Assembly: GCA_963785725.1 (NCBI GenBank)
Contig: CAWAWS010000016.1
Location: 448,339 to 512,338 of the forward strand
DNA: 64,000 nt
Direction of reading: 5' to 3'
Origin: an uncultured delta proteobacterium
Lineage (GTDB): Bacteria > Myxococcota_A > Polyangia > Palsa-1104
Of the stretch, positions 11,919 through 22,044 are shown piece after piece; the stretch's first letter is position 1, and each line of letters opens with the position of its first letter. The notes beneath the pieces are model-generated. The model made no database searches and was not told the DNA's origin. It saw nothing but the letters and a program-made list of their open reading frames with translations. The position numbers and the translations under genes are program-made.

Positions 11919-13025
11919 TTACGGCTGCTCTTCTTCTACGAGTTGCAGCGCGAGATTCTCGATCATGAGGTCGATCTCCTGGTCACGCGCCGGCCGCTGC
12001 AGCGTCCCATCGAGCCAGCGGCGCCATAAATCGTCCCACGTCTGGCGGCCTTCGCCGAGGATGGCACGCGTGCGCTCGCGCGCCGCGTTCCACGTGCGCT
12101 TTTGCGCCCAATAAGCCAACCCCGCGGCGCCGGCGCCGACGGCCAGCGGCACCAGCGCCGCCGCGCCCAAGCCGCGTAGCGCCGCCGCCGTCGCCACACC
12201 GGAGATGGCGGCCTCGCGCGAATATAAGCCGCGCGCCGCCGCCGGCGCCTCCAGCGCCAGCGCGATCATGGCCCGCTTCGACGCGCGCCCGCGCACGAGC
12301 TCGCGCATCAGCTCGCCGAGCAGACCATCCCACGAACGATAACGCGGCTCGCCAGCCTGATTCAGCAATAAGCCGAGATTGCGTCGCGAACGCTCGCCGC
12401 GCGGGTCGAGCCGCAGCGCCTGCCGAAAGCGCGACTTGGCCCGCAGCGGATGCCCCGCCTCCAAGTCCAAGCAGCCCAGGTTGTTCCAGGCCGCCGAATC
12501 GGCCGGGTCGAGCGCCAGCGCCCGTTCGTAGGCCGCACGCGCCTGCGCCTTGTCGCCCGCCGCCGAGGCCACGAAGCCGAGCGTCACGAAGTTCGCGCCG
12601 CGCTCGGGCGACACCTCCGTCGCGCGTAAGGCCAGCGCCAGCGCCTCGGCGTGCGCCTTCAGCTCCGACTTGAGCTCGGCCAGCGCGCGCAGATACACGG
12701 GCTCGTCCGGACAGCGGCGCAGCGCCTCACCGAGCGGCGGCTCGGCCTCGGCCGTGCGTCCCGACTCGCGCAAGGCGAAGCCGTATAAATAATGCGGGTG
12801 CGCATTTTCCGGCTGCGCCGCCAACGCCCGACCCAACGCTTCGAGCGCTTTCGGCAGATCGCGGCGCCGCAAATGGCACAGCCCCTCGATCTCCAAACCT
12901 TCGGGATCGTTCGGGTTAGACGCGAGCGTGCGGCGGATTTCGGCGAGCGCTTCGTCGGCCCGGCCGAGCTCCAACAGAAGCCGGGCGCGACGCCGCTGAG
13001 CGACGAGAAGCTCGAGATCGCGCAC
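11919..13025 (-). CDS. TPR protein with C-terminal hydrophobic segment
   Basis: Multiple TPR motifs ('AWNNLG'); start placed at GTG 13025 behind a TACACT box (ORF track starts at 13052). Confidence 0.75.
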   Translation of the reverse strand: MRDLELLVAQRRRARLLLELGRADEALAEIRRTLASNPNDPEGLEIEGLCHLRRRDLPKALEALGRALAAQPENAHPHYLYGFALRESGRTAEAEPPLGEALRRCPDEPVYLRALAELKSELKAHAEALALALRATEVSPERGANFVTLGFVASAAGDKAQARAAYERALALDPADSAAWNNLGCLDLEAGHPLRAKSRFRQALRLDPRGERSRRNLGLLLNQAGEPRYRSWDGLLGELMRELVRGRASKRAMIALALEAPAAARGLYSREAAISGVATAAALRGLGAAALVPLAVGAGAAGLAYWAQKRTWNAARERTRAILGEGRQTWDDLWRRWLDGTLQRPARDQEIDLMIENLALQLVEEEQP

Positions 13026-13168
13026 GAAACGAGTGTAGCAAGAATTAGCCACGGCTCTCGCGAGGTGTTATAAAATTTAGACACCGGAAGGCATTTTGAT
13101 TGCTGCTTTTTGGTGGGTATGCTAGGTGCAGCACGTAGCGTTACTCCCGGGCGAGAGAGGCCATCCTT

Positions 13169-14017
13169 ATGGAGGACTTCATCTTCGACGATGATGCGGA
13201 CGAGGTAGGGGCAGAGGTCGAGGCCCATTGCCCGAAGTGCAAGGCTGACACCCAGCATGTCGTCGTTTCGAAGTACGAGGACGAAATCCGGCGCGTGCAG
13301 TGCAATCCCTGCGGCGACGTACATCCCTATCGCAAGCCGCGCGGCGAATCCGATGAGGAGGAGCCGGCGCCCGCCGTCAAGAAAAAGGCGGTGAAGGCGA
13401 AGCCCACCTGGGACCAGGTGATGGCTAAGCATGCGAAGAAACAGCCGAAAGTGTACCAACTCGGCGAGTTCTTCAAGGAAATGGAGGTCCTCTCGCATCC
13501 CAAGTTCGGGGTCGGTTTCGTGACCGAGAACATTGGCGATGACAAGATCGAGGTGACCTTCAAAGAGGACAAGCGGGTGCTCGTGCACAACCGCAAAGGC
13601 CTCTCCTTGCCGTACATGAAGCCGGCAGCGGCTCCCGCGGCGACGACGGCCAAAGCGGCCAAGCCGGGCAAGGCGGCCAAACCCGACAAGAAGGCAGCGG
13701 CCGCTCCGGCGGCGGCGCCTGTCGTCGAGGCGGTCAAGCCGGCCAAGGTCGAAGCCGAGAAGCCGGCCGACCACAAGAAGGCGGCGGCCAAGGGCAAGCC
13801 GGCGCCGGCAGCCAAGGCAGCTCCGGCGAAAGCGGCGCCCGCTCCGGCGAAGTCGGCCAAGCCGGCTCCGGCAGCGGCCAAGCCGACCAAGGCGGCGGCG
13901 AAGCCGATCGCCAAGCCGGCCCCGGCGAAGAAGCCGGCCGCCAAAGCGGCGGCGCGCACGGCGGTCAAGAAGCCGTCCGCCAAGCCCGCCGCCAAGAAGG
14001 TCAAGAAGGGCCGTTAG
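13169..14017 (+). CDS. Zn-ribbon + Tudor-like domain + Lys/Ala/Pro histone H1-like tail protein
   Basis: 'CPKC...CNPC', 'LSHPKFGVGFV...IEVTF', long PAKAA-type tail. Confidence 0.8.
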   Translation: MEDFIFDDDADEVGAEVEAHCPKCKADTQHVVVSKYEDEIRRVQCNPCGDVHPYRKPRGESDEEEPAPAVKKKAVKAKPTWDQVMAKHAKKQPKVYQLGEFFKEMEVLSHPKFGVGFVTENIGDDKIEVTFKEDKRVLVHNRKGLSLPYMKPAAAPAATTAKAAKPGKAAKPDKKAAAAPAAAPVVEAVKPAKVEAEKPADHKKAAAKGKPAPAAKAAPAKAAPAPAKSAKPAPAAAKPTKAAAKPIAKPAPAKKPAAKAAARTAVKKPSAKPAAKKVKKGR

Positions 14018-14023
14018 TCGGCC

Positions 14024-15244
14024 TTACGAGACCGCCTTCGGCGCGGCCAGCGCGCCCTCTGCCATCAGCTGATCCAGTTGCGCGTCGTCCAGGCCGAGCA
14101 TGTCGGCCAGGACGGCGCGCGTGTGCTCGCCGAGCCGCGGCGGCGGCGTGCGCACGGCGCCCGGCGTCTCCGACAGCTTGACGGGGACGCCGGTGACGCG
14201 AATGTCGCCCGCCGTCGGATGCGCCAGCGGCACGACCATGTCGCGCGCCTTGACCTGCGGGTGCGCCAGCGCCTCGGCGACGTTCAAGATGGGGCCGCAC
14301 GGAATGCCGGCGCCGTCGCAGAGCGCGATCCAGGCGGCGACGGTGCGCGCGGCGATGATGGGCTCGATGATCGCGGCCAATTCGTCGCGACGGCCGACGC
14401 GCGCGGCGTTGGTGGCGAAGCGCGCGTCGTCGGCGAGCGCGGCCAGCGGCGCGCCCACGGCTTTACAGAGCGCGCGCCACTGCGGATCGTTGCCGACGGC
14501 GATGTTGACGAAGCCGTCGCTCGCTCGATAGGTCTCGTAAGGCGTAATCGACGGGTGCTGATTGCCGCGCCGCGCCGGCACGCCGCCGGTCGCGAAGTGG
14601 ATGCCGGCGTGATAGGTGAGCAGCGCGATCTGGCCGTCGAGCATGGAGACGTCGACGTGCTGGCCGCGGCCGGTGCGCTGGCGCGCATGCAAGGCGACGA
14701 GGATCCCGGCGACGGCGTACAAGCCCGCGATCATGTCGGCGATGGACGTGCCGACTTTGTAAGGCGCGCCGTCGGCCGGCCCCGTCAGCGACGCCAGGCC
14801 GCCCATGCCTTGAATCGCGAGATCGTAGCCGGGGCGACGGACCCAATCGGGCTCGCCGGTGTGGCCAAAGCCGGAGATGCTGCAGTAGATGAGCCCCGGG
14901 TTGATCTCGCGCAAGGTCGCGTAGTCGAGGCCGAGCTTGGCGAGCGCGCCCGGCCGGAAGTTCTCGAGCAGCACGTCGCAGCGGCTGGCGAGCTGCAACG
15001 CCAACGCGCGGCCGCGCTCGTGCTTGAAGTCGATGGCGACCGACTCTTTGTTGCGATTGATCGACATGAAGTACGTCGACTCGCCGTTGACGAAGGGCGG
15101 GCCGAAGCCGCGCGTGTCGTCGCCGCCGTCGGGATGCTCGAGCTTGATGACGCGCGCGCCAAAGTCGGCGAGGTACATCGAGCAGTACGGGCCGGACAAG
15201 ATGCGCGAGAGGTCGAAGACGGTCAGATCGTCGAGCGGGAGCAT
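14024..15244 (-). CDS. Class III CoA transferase (CaiB/BaiF)
   Basis: 'SGPYC...GARVIKLE', 'NRNKES', 'ENFRPG', 'PGYDL', 'PPRLGEHT'. Confidence 0.95.
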   Translation of the reverse strand: MLPLDDLTVFDLSRILSGPYCSMYLADFGARVIKLEHPDGGDDTRGFGPPFVNGESTYFMSINRNKESVAIDFKHERGRALALQLASRCDVLLENFRPGALAKLGLDYATLREINPGLIYCSISGFGHTGEPDWVRRPGYDLAIQGMGGLASLTGPADGAPYKVGTSIADMIAGLYAVAGILVALHARQRTGRGQHVDVSMLDGQIALLTYHAGIHFATGGVPARRGNQHPSITPYETYRASDGFVNIAVGNDPQWRALCKAVGAPLAALADDARFATNAARVGRRDELAAIIEPIIAARTVAAWIALCDGAGIPCGPILNVAEALAHPQVKARDMVVPLAHPTAGDIRVTGVPVKLSETPGAVRTPPPRLGEHTRAVLADMLGLDDAQLDQLMAEGALAAPKAVS

Positions 15245-15334
15245 GTCGCTTCGTAACACGCTCAGCCGCAGCTGTTACGCGGGAATTCGCGTCAAAAAAT
15301 TGCGTCGCCCGTGAGCGCGGCGTTCAATCGAGAC

Positions 15335-16273
15335 ATGTCGACCTTGACCGTGCGCTGCTTCGTTTGCGCTCGCGAGTTCGCGCCGCAGCTCGCGTTCCAA
15401 GTGGCGGTGGTCGAGGGCAACCGCCGCTACTTCTGCCATCTCGACTGCCGCAAAGCCGCGCTCGGCGACGCCGCCTTCGCCGGCAAGCGACGCGCGCGCC
15501 GCGTCGCCATCCTCAATCAAAAAGGCGGCACCGGAAAGACGACGACCGCGGTGAACCTGGCCGCCGGCATCGCGGCGCGCGGCTGGGACACGCTGCTCGT
15601 CGACATGGACGCGCAGGGCAACGTCGGCACGTCGCTCGGCATCCGCGGCGAACGCACGCTCTATCACGTGCTCGTCGAGAACACGCCGGCCGACGAAGCG
15701 GTCGTGCCGGTGCGCGGCCATCTCGACGTCATCTGCTCCGACGCGACCTTGGCGCTGGCCGAGCAGTCGCTGGCGCGGCTCGACGACGGACGCGATCGGG
15801 TGCTCGCCGAGAAGCTGCAGCCGATCATGCGCAGATACGCCTATGTCGTGCTCGACTGCGGGCCGTCTTTGTCGCTGTTGAATCAGAACGCGCTGCGCTT
15901 CGCCGACGAAGTGTTGATCCCGGTGAGCTGCGATTATCTGGCGCTCGTCGGCGTGAAGCAGGTGTTGCGCACGCTCAAAGACGTCGACCAGCATCTCGGT
16001 CACGCCGTGCGCATCTCGGGCGTCGTCCCGACGTTCTTCGACGCGCGGACGCGGCTGGCCAAAGAGGCGGTCGACGCGCTGCAAGGCCACTTCAAGGAGC
16101 GGCTGTACGAGCCGATTCGCCGCTCGACGCGCCTCGCCGAAGCGCCGAGCCATCGCCAGACCATCTTCGAATACGCGCCCGATTCGCCTGGCGCCGAGGA
16201 CTATCGCCGGCTCGTCGCGCGCTATGTCGCCGGCGCCACGCCCGGCGCCACCAGCGCACCGGAGGCCGCATGA
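15335..16273 (+). CDS. ParA/Soj-family ATPase with N-terminal TRASH-like Cys domain
   Basis: 'CFVC...YFCHLDC'; deviant Walker A 'KGGTGKTT', 'DMDAQGN', 'LDCGP'. Confidence 0.88.
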   Translation: MSTLTVRCFVCAREFAPQLAFQVAVVEGNRRYFCHLDCRKAALGDAAFAGKRRARRVAILNQKGGTGKTTTAVNLAAGIAARGWDTLLVDMDAQGNVGTSLGIRGERTLYHVLVENTPADEAVVPVRGHLDVICSDATLALAEQSLARLDDGRDRVLAEKLQPIMRRYAYVVLDCGPSLSLLNQNALRFADEVLIPVSCDYLALVGVKQVLRTLKDVDQHLGHAVRISGVVPTFFDARTRLAKEAVDALQGHFKERLYEPIRRSTRLAEAPSHRQTIFEYAPDSPGAEDYRRLVARYVAGATPGATSAPEAA

Positions 16274-16572
16274 AGCCGCAGCGTCAAGACAAGCCGTCGC
16301 TCGGTGACGATCCGCTCGCGCCCGAGGCGCTCCTCGAGCGCTTCTACAAGCCGGCCGCGGTTCCCGACAAGGACACGGACGAGCCCGCGAAGAAGGAGAA
16401 GCCGACCCATTACAAGGTGGTCTGCATCTCGCTCTACAACGAAGACATCGAGCATTTGGAGACGATGGTCGCGGAGCTGAAGCGGCGCGGCCATACGAAA
16501 GCCAATAAGTCGCAGCTCATCCGCGCGGCGCTGGCCCAAGTCGACCTGGCGAAGATCCCCAAGGGCTTCTGA
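16270..16572 (+). CDS. Small ParA-partner protein, probable ribbon-helix-helix
   Basis: ATGA-coupled to parA; 'VCISLY...[10 protein letters not shown]'. Confidence 0.7.
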   Translation: MKPQRQDKPSLGDDPLAPEALLERFYKPAAVPDKDTDEPAKKEKPTHYKVVCISLYNEDIEHLETMVAELKRRGHTKANKSQLIRAALAQVDLAKIPKGF

Positions 16573-16742
16573 AACGGTGGGTCGCAACATGCGACTTACG
16601 CGCTGCGTAGCCCACCGAAGGTTGTGTTATTGTGGGGGCAGGCGATCCCTGACCGGGGTCCGCAGTCCCACGTATGGGAGCCGAAAGCCGTAACACATCC
16701 GGGACTTTGGTGAAGGCATGACGCTTGCTGACAGACCACCGC

Positions 16743-17247
16743 ATGCGAACTTTCCCTGGCCTTCACGTTCCTGGTTGCAGGTTGCACGGGCGATCTGGTC
16801 GAGCTCGGTCCCAAGACTGGTGGCAGCACTAGTGGTGCGGACATGGCGCAAGCGGCGGCCGCGGGCGGCGGCGGCACCGGCGGAGGCGGCGACATGAGCG
16901 GCGGCGGGAGCACCGGCCCGGTCACCTTCGCGTCGATCCAAGCGGACCTCGACTCGAAAGCGTGCAGCACCTCGTGCCACAACGCGAATGCCGGCGCGGC
17001 GTTGAATGGCGGCTTCATCCTCGTTCCGCACGCGACGTCGGCGGCCGATCTGATGACCAGCTACACGGCCGTGCAGAGCGAGATCAACACGACGACCCCG
17101 GCGATGTCGCCGCTGCTGCTCAATCCGATCCAATCGCCCACGCTGACGACGCCGCACACGGGCGGCATGCTCTTCACGGCCGGCACGGCTGATCCGACGT
17201 ACCAGAAATGGCTCGCCTGGATAACCGCTGGGGCCCCGCAACAATGA
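16743..17247 (+). CDS. Putative c-type cytochrome-like lipoprotein (frameshift right after the start)
   Basis: Frame upstream of ORF 16843 reads LAFTFLVAGC (lipobox); 'CSTSCH' and 'HTGG...WLAWITAGAP'. Confidence 0.55.
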
Positions 17248-19034
17248 TCCGATCTCGCGTCGTGCGTTTGATTCTGGCTTTGGTTTCGATAGCGATTCTG
17301 GGAAGCACGGCGCGAGCGGCAACGGTTGAGACGAAAGTCCGCACGATCATGCGCGACAAGCCGAACGCGGCGGCGCGCATCGTGGATCGGGTGGCGGCGG
17401 GCAAGAAGCTGCCCATGCTCGGCATGTCGGGCGACGGCAATTGGGTGCACGTCCGCGCGGGCGCGCACGAAGGTTGGGTCGCGGCGGCGTCGATCAAGGG
17501 CCTGCACGGCAACGCCAACAGCGACGACGGCGCGGGCGAAGAAGAGTCGAACGACAGCGACGAGCCAGTGCGGCCGCTGGCCAAAAAGCGCGGCGTGCGG
17601 CCCGAAGCGTGGGTCTCGAAGTCGCGTTATCACGAGGGCGAAGAGACCAAGCTCATCGTCAGCGTCAACAAGGCCGAGCTCTACGGCCGTCCGTCGGCGA
17701 CGGGCGCGGTGCTCGGCATCTTGCGGCGCGGCGAGCAGGTGCAGCTGGTCAAGAAGTCGGTCGACAAGAAGTGGATCAACGTCGACATCGGCGGTGGCGA
17801 GACGGCGTGGATCGAGGCGCGCGCGGTCAAGCCGGGCAAGGTGCAGACGCTGACGCCGCCGCCGGACGAGTCGGCGCAGGAAGAAGAGGCGCCGCCGCCG
17901 ACGATTACGCCGGAAGGCGCGAAGAAAAAGGGCAAGCTCGCGAAGACCGAGACGCCGGCGCCGGACGAGACGCAGGAGCAGCAAGCGCCTGAGCAGGAGA
18001 CGCCGCCTCCGCCGCCGAAGAAGGTCAAGAAGGCGTCGTCCGAGGACGAGGCGCCGCCGCCCAAGAAGCGGCGCGGCGACAGCGAGGACGAGACGCCGCC
18101 CGGTTTGGCGCCGACGAAGCACAAGGTCGTGCAAGCGTCGCCGCAGAATGACGAGCCGCCGCCGCCGCCGCGCAAGAAGAAGCACAAGAAGCAGGAAGCC
18201 GAGGCCGAAGCGTCGGCGCCGGCGCCGGCGGATGAAACGCCGCCCGCACCCGACTATTGGTCGGCGCGCGGCAAGGTTTACATCACGCCGTGGGTGCACG
18301 GCGGCCTCGCCATCCTGACGCAGCGGTTCACGTCGAACGGCTCGGGCCCGCTCAGCAACTACGACGCCAGCACCAACGCGTTCGGCGTGCAGCTCGGCTT
18401 CGGCGTCTTCGGCACCCTCGGCAAATACTTCCTCTTCGGCGCCGACGCCAGCTACACGTTCGCGGGCGCGGCCGCCTTGAAGATCGCGACGACGACGACG
18501 CCGGTGACGCTGGCCGTGCAGGCGCACACCATCGACGGCGGCCTGTCGGCGGGTCTGCACTTTCGGCCGCTCGGCGGCATCAGCTTCCGCTTGCGGCTCG
18601 GCGGTCAAATGCAGCTCAACCTCATCGAGCCGTCGAACATCGACAAGCTGCCGTCGGATCGCATCATCGGCCTGACGATCGGGGCGGGTATCGCGATTCC
18701 CGCGCTCTTCCGCATCGGCATGACGCCGTTCGGCCTGCAGGTCCTCGGCGGCGGCCTCGTGCCGGCGCAGCGCGCGCAGACGGTCGGGCTCGAGGACGGC
18801 AAGAACTCGTCGACGTTCGGCGCCTTCTTCAGCGGCGGCATCAACGTCCAGATCATGCGGCCGAACGCCGACAACTATCACGGCACGCTCATGCTCGGGC
18901 TCGACTACGCCTACGAGTTCGCCGCGACGCACTACACCGGCTTGTCGCCGCGCCTGGCGGCGCAGAACGTCACCGTCGCCGACCGCGGCTCGGCGCAGCA
19001 TTTGCTGACGATCGGCCTCGACTTTACCTACTAA
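17244..19034 (+). CDS. Exported protein with two bacterial SH3 domains, a charged Pro-rich linker and a predicted C-terminal beta-barrel
   Basis: Signal peptide; 'WVHV...EGWV' and 'WINV...TAWI'; amphipathic strands ending 'GLDFTY'. Confidence 0.75.
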   Translation: MIRSRVVRLILALVSIAILGSTARAATVETKVRTIMRDKPNAAARIVDRVAAGKKLPMLGMSGDGNWVHVRAGAHEGWVAAASIKGLHGNANSDDGAGEEESNDSDEPVRPLAKKRGVRPEAWVSKSRYHEGEETKLIVSVNKAELYGRPSATGAVLGILRRGEQVQLVKKSVDKKWINVDIGGGETAWIEARAVKPGKVQTLTPPPDESAQEEEAPPPTITPEGAKKKGKLAKTETPAPDETQEQQAPEQETPPPPPKKVKKASSEDEAPPPKKRRGDSEDETPPGLAPTKHKVVQASPQNDEPPPPPRKKKHKKQEAEAEASAPAPADETPPAPDYWSARGKVYITPWVHGGLAILTQRFTSNGSGPLSNYDASTNAFGVQLGFGVFGTLGKYFLFGADASYTFAGAAALKIATTTTPVTLAVQAHTIDGGLSAGLHFRPLGGISFRLRLGGQMQLNLIEPSNIDKLPSDRIIGLTIGAGIAIPALFRIGMTPFGLQVLGGGLVPAQRAQTVGLEDGKNSSTFGAFFSGGINVQIMRPNADNYHGTLMLGLDYAYEFAATHYTGLSPRLAAQNVTVADRGSAQHLLTIGLDFTY

Positions 19035-19066
19035 TTCCGACTAGTTCCCGAGCTGAAGCGCGTTCG

Positions 19067-19363
19067 TCAGTTGGCGGCGGAGCCGGGCATGCCGGGCTCG
19101 GGGCCGTCGATGAGCAGCTCGGCCCGCCGCTCGCGCCAGAGGCGGACGACGGCGTCGTTGATGGTGTCGCCGCGCTCGATGATGCCGCGATAGGTGTTGT
19201 CGAGCGTCGTGAACTCTTCGTGCTTCTTGGCGAATTCGTCGCCGCCCAGTTTACGGACGAGCTTGCCCTTCCACTTGCCGTAGGCGCCGACCTCGACCTG
19301 CCCGACTTCCTCGGTGAAGCGCGCCACGTAGGCGAGGTAGGCGTCGAAGGCGTCGGCGGGCAT
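19067..19363 (-). CDS. Hypothetical protein
   Basis: Globular-looking ORF with genome-typical codons; TAGCCT box 6 nt upstream. Confidence 0.65.
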   Translation of the reverse strand: MPADAFDAYLAYVARFTEEVGQVEVGAYGKWKGKLVRKLGGDEFAKKHEEFTTLDNTYRGIIERGDTINDAVVRLWRERRAELLIDGPEPGMPGSAAN

Positions 19364-19380
19364 GAGCTGAGGCTAGGCGC

Positions 19381-20136
19381 TCAGCCACGCACGATCAAGA
19401 CATAGATGTCGTAGAGCGCGTGCGTATAAACGGCGACGGCGAAGCCGCGCCACTGAAAGATCGACGCGAAGATGAGGCCGCACAAGATGCGGTAGACGAA
19501 CGCGCCCGTGCGGTACGGCTCGCCGCCGATGATGTGATGCGCGGCCGAGAACAGCACCGACGACACCAGCATCGTGAACACGATCGCGAGCGGGCGACGC
19601 AGGCCGAGCACGTTCGACAGGAGCCAGGTGCCGCCGCCGACCATGAGCAGGCGAAACACGAGCTCCTCGTGCACGCCGGCGCCGAGCGAGAGCACGATCT
19701 TGGCGGCGAGAGCTCGACTGCTCCGGCGTCGTCGCGCAGACGATCGCCATCTTGGGATCGACGTGCAGCAGGTCGACCATGACGAGACAGATGAGCGAGC
19801 CCATCGTCAGCGCGTAGATCGAGCTCTCGAGCAAGACGGGCACGAACAGCCGTGGATCGAACTCGTTCTTGCGCCGCATGACGAGCATGAGCACGACGAA
19901 CGCCGCCGCCAAGCCGAGGTTCAACAGCATGTACGTGCCGCGATTGCCGTGCAGCAGCTGCAGCATCTGCGACGTGATGAGATCGGCGCCGTTGTAAACC
20001 GCAGGCATCAGCAACACGCCGATTTGGTAGGCGAGGAACAGCGGAAAGACCAACAGCAAGCTGGTCAGCGGATCGGAGCGGCGCAGCACGTTGCGTTTGC
20101 GCGAAGTGCCCATTCCCTTCTTCAACGAACGGGCGC

Positions 20137-20140
<4 letters not shown>
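19381..20140 (-). CDS. CPBP/Abi-family intramembrane metalloprotease (frameshift near 19710)
   Basis: 'GVHEELVFR', 'LFSAAHH', 'YTHALYD'; N-terminal TM half lies in the frame of ORF 19373..21946. Confidence 0.8.
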
Positions 20141-21946
<1,806 letters not shown>

Positions 21947-22044
21947 GGCGCCCGATTATGACATCATTGGCGGACGACGCGAACGCCGCAACGCCTAGAA
22001 CAGCTCGCGTTTACCGACATTCACCCGTCATCGCGCCCGCGCGG

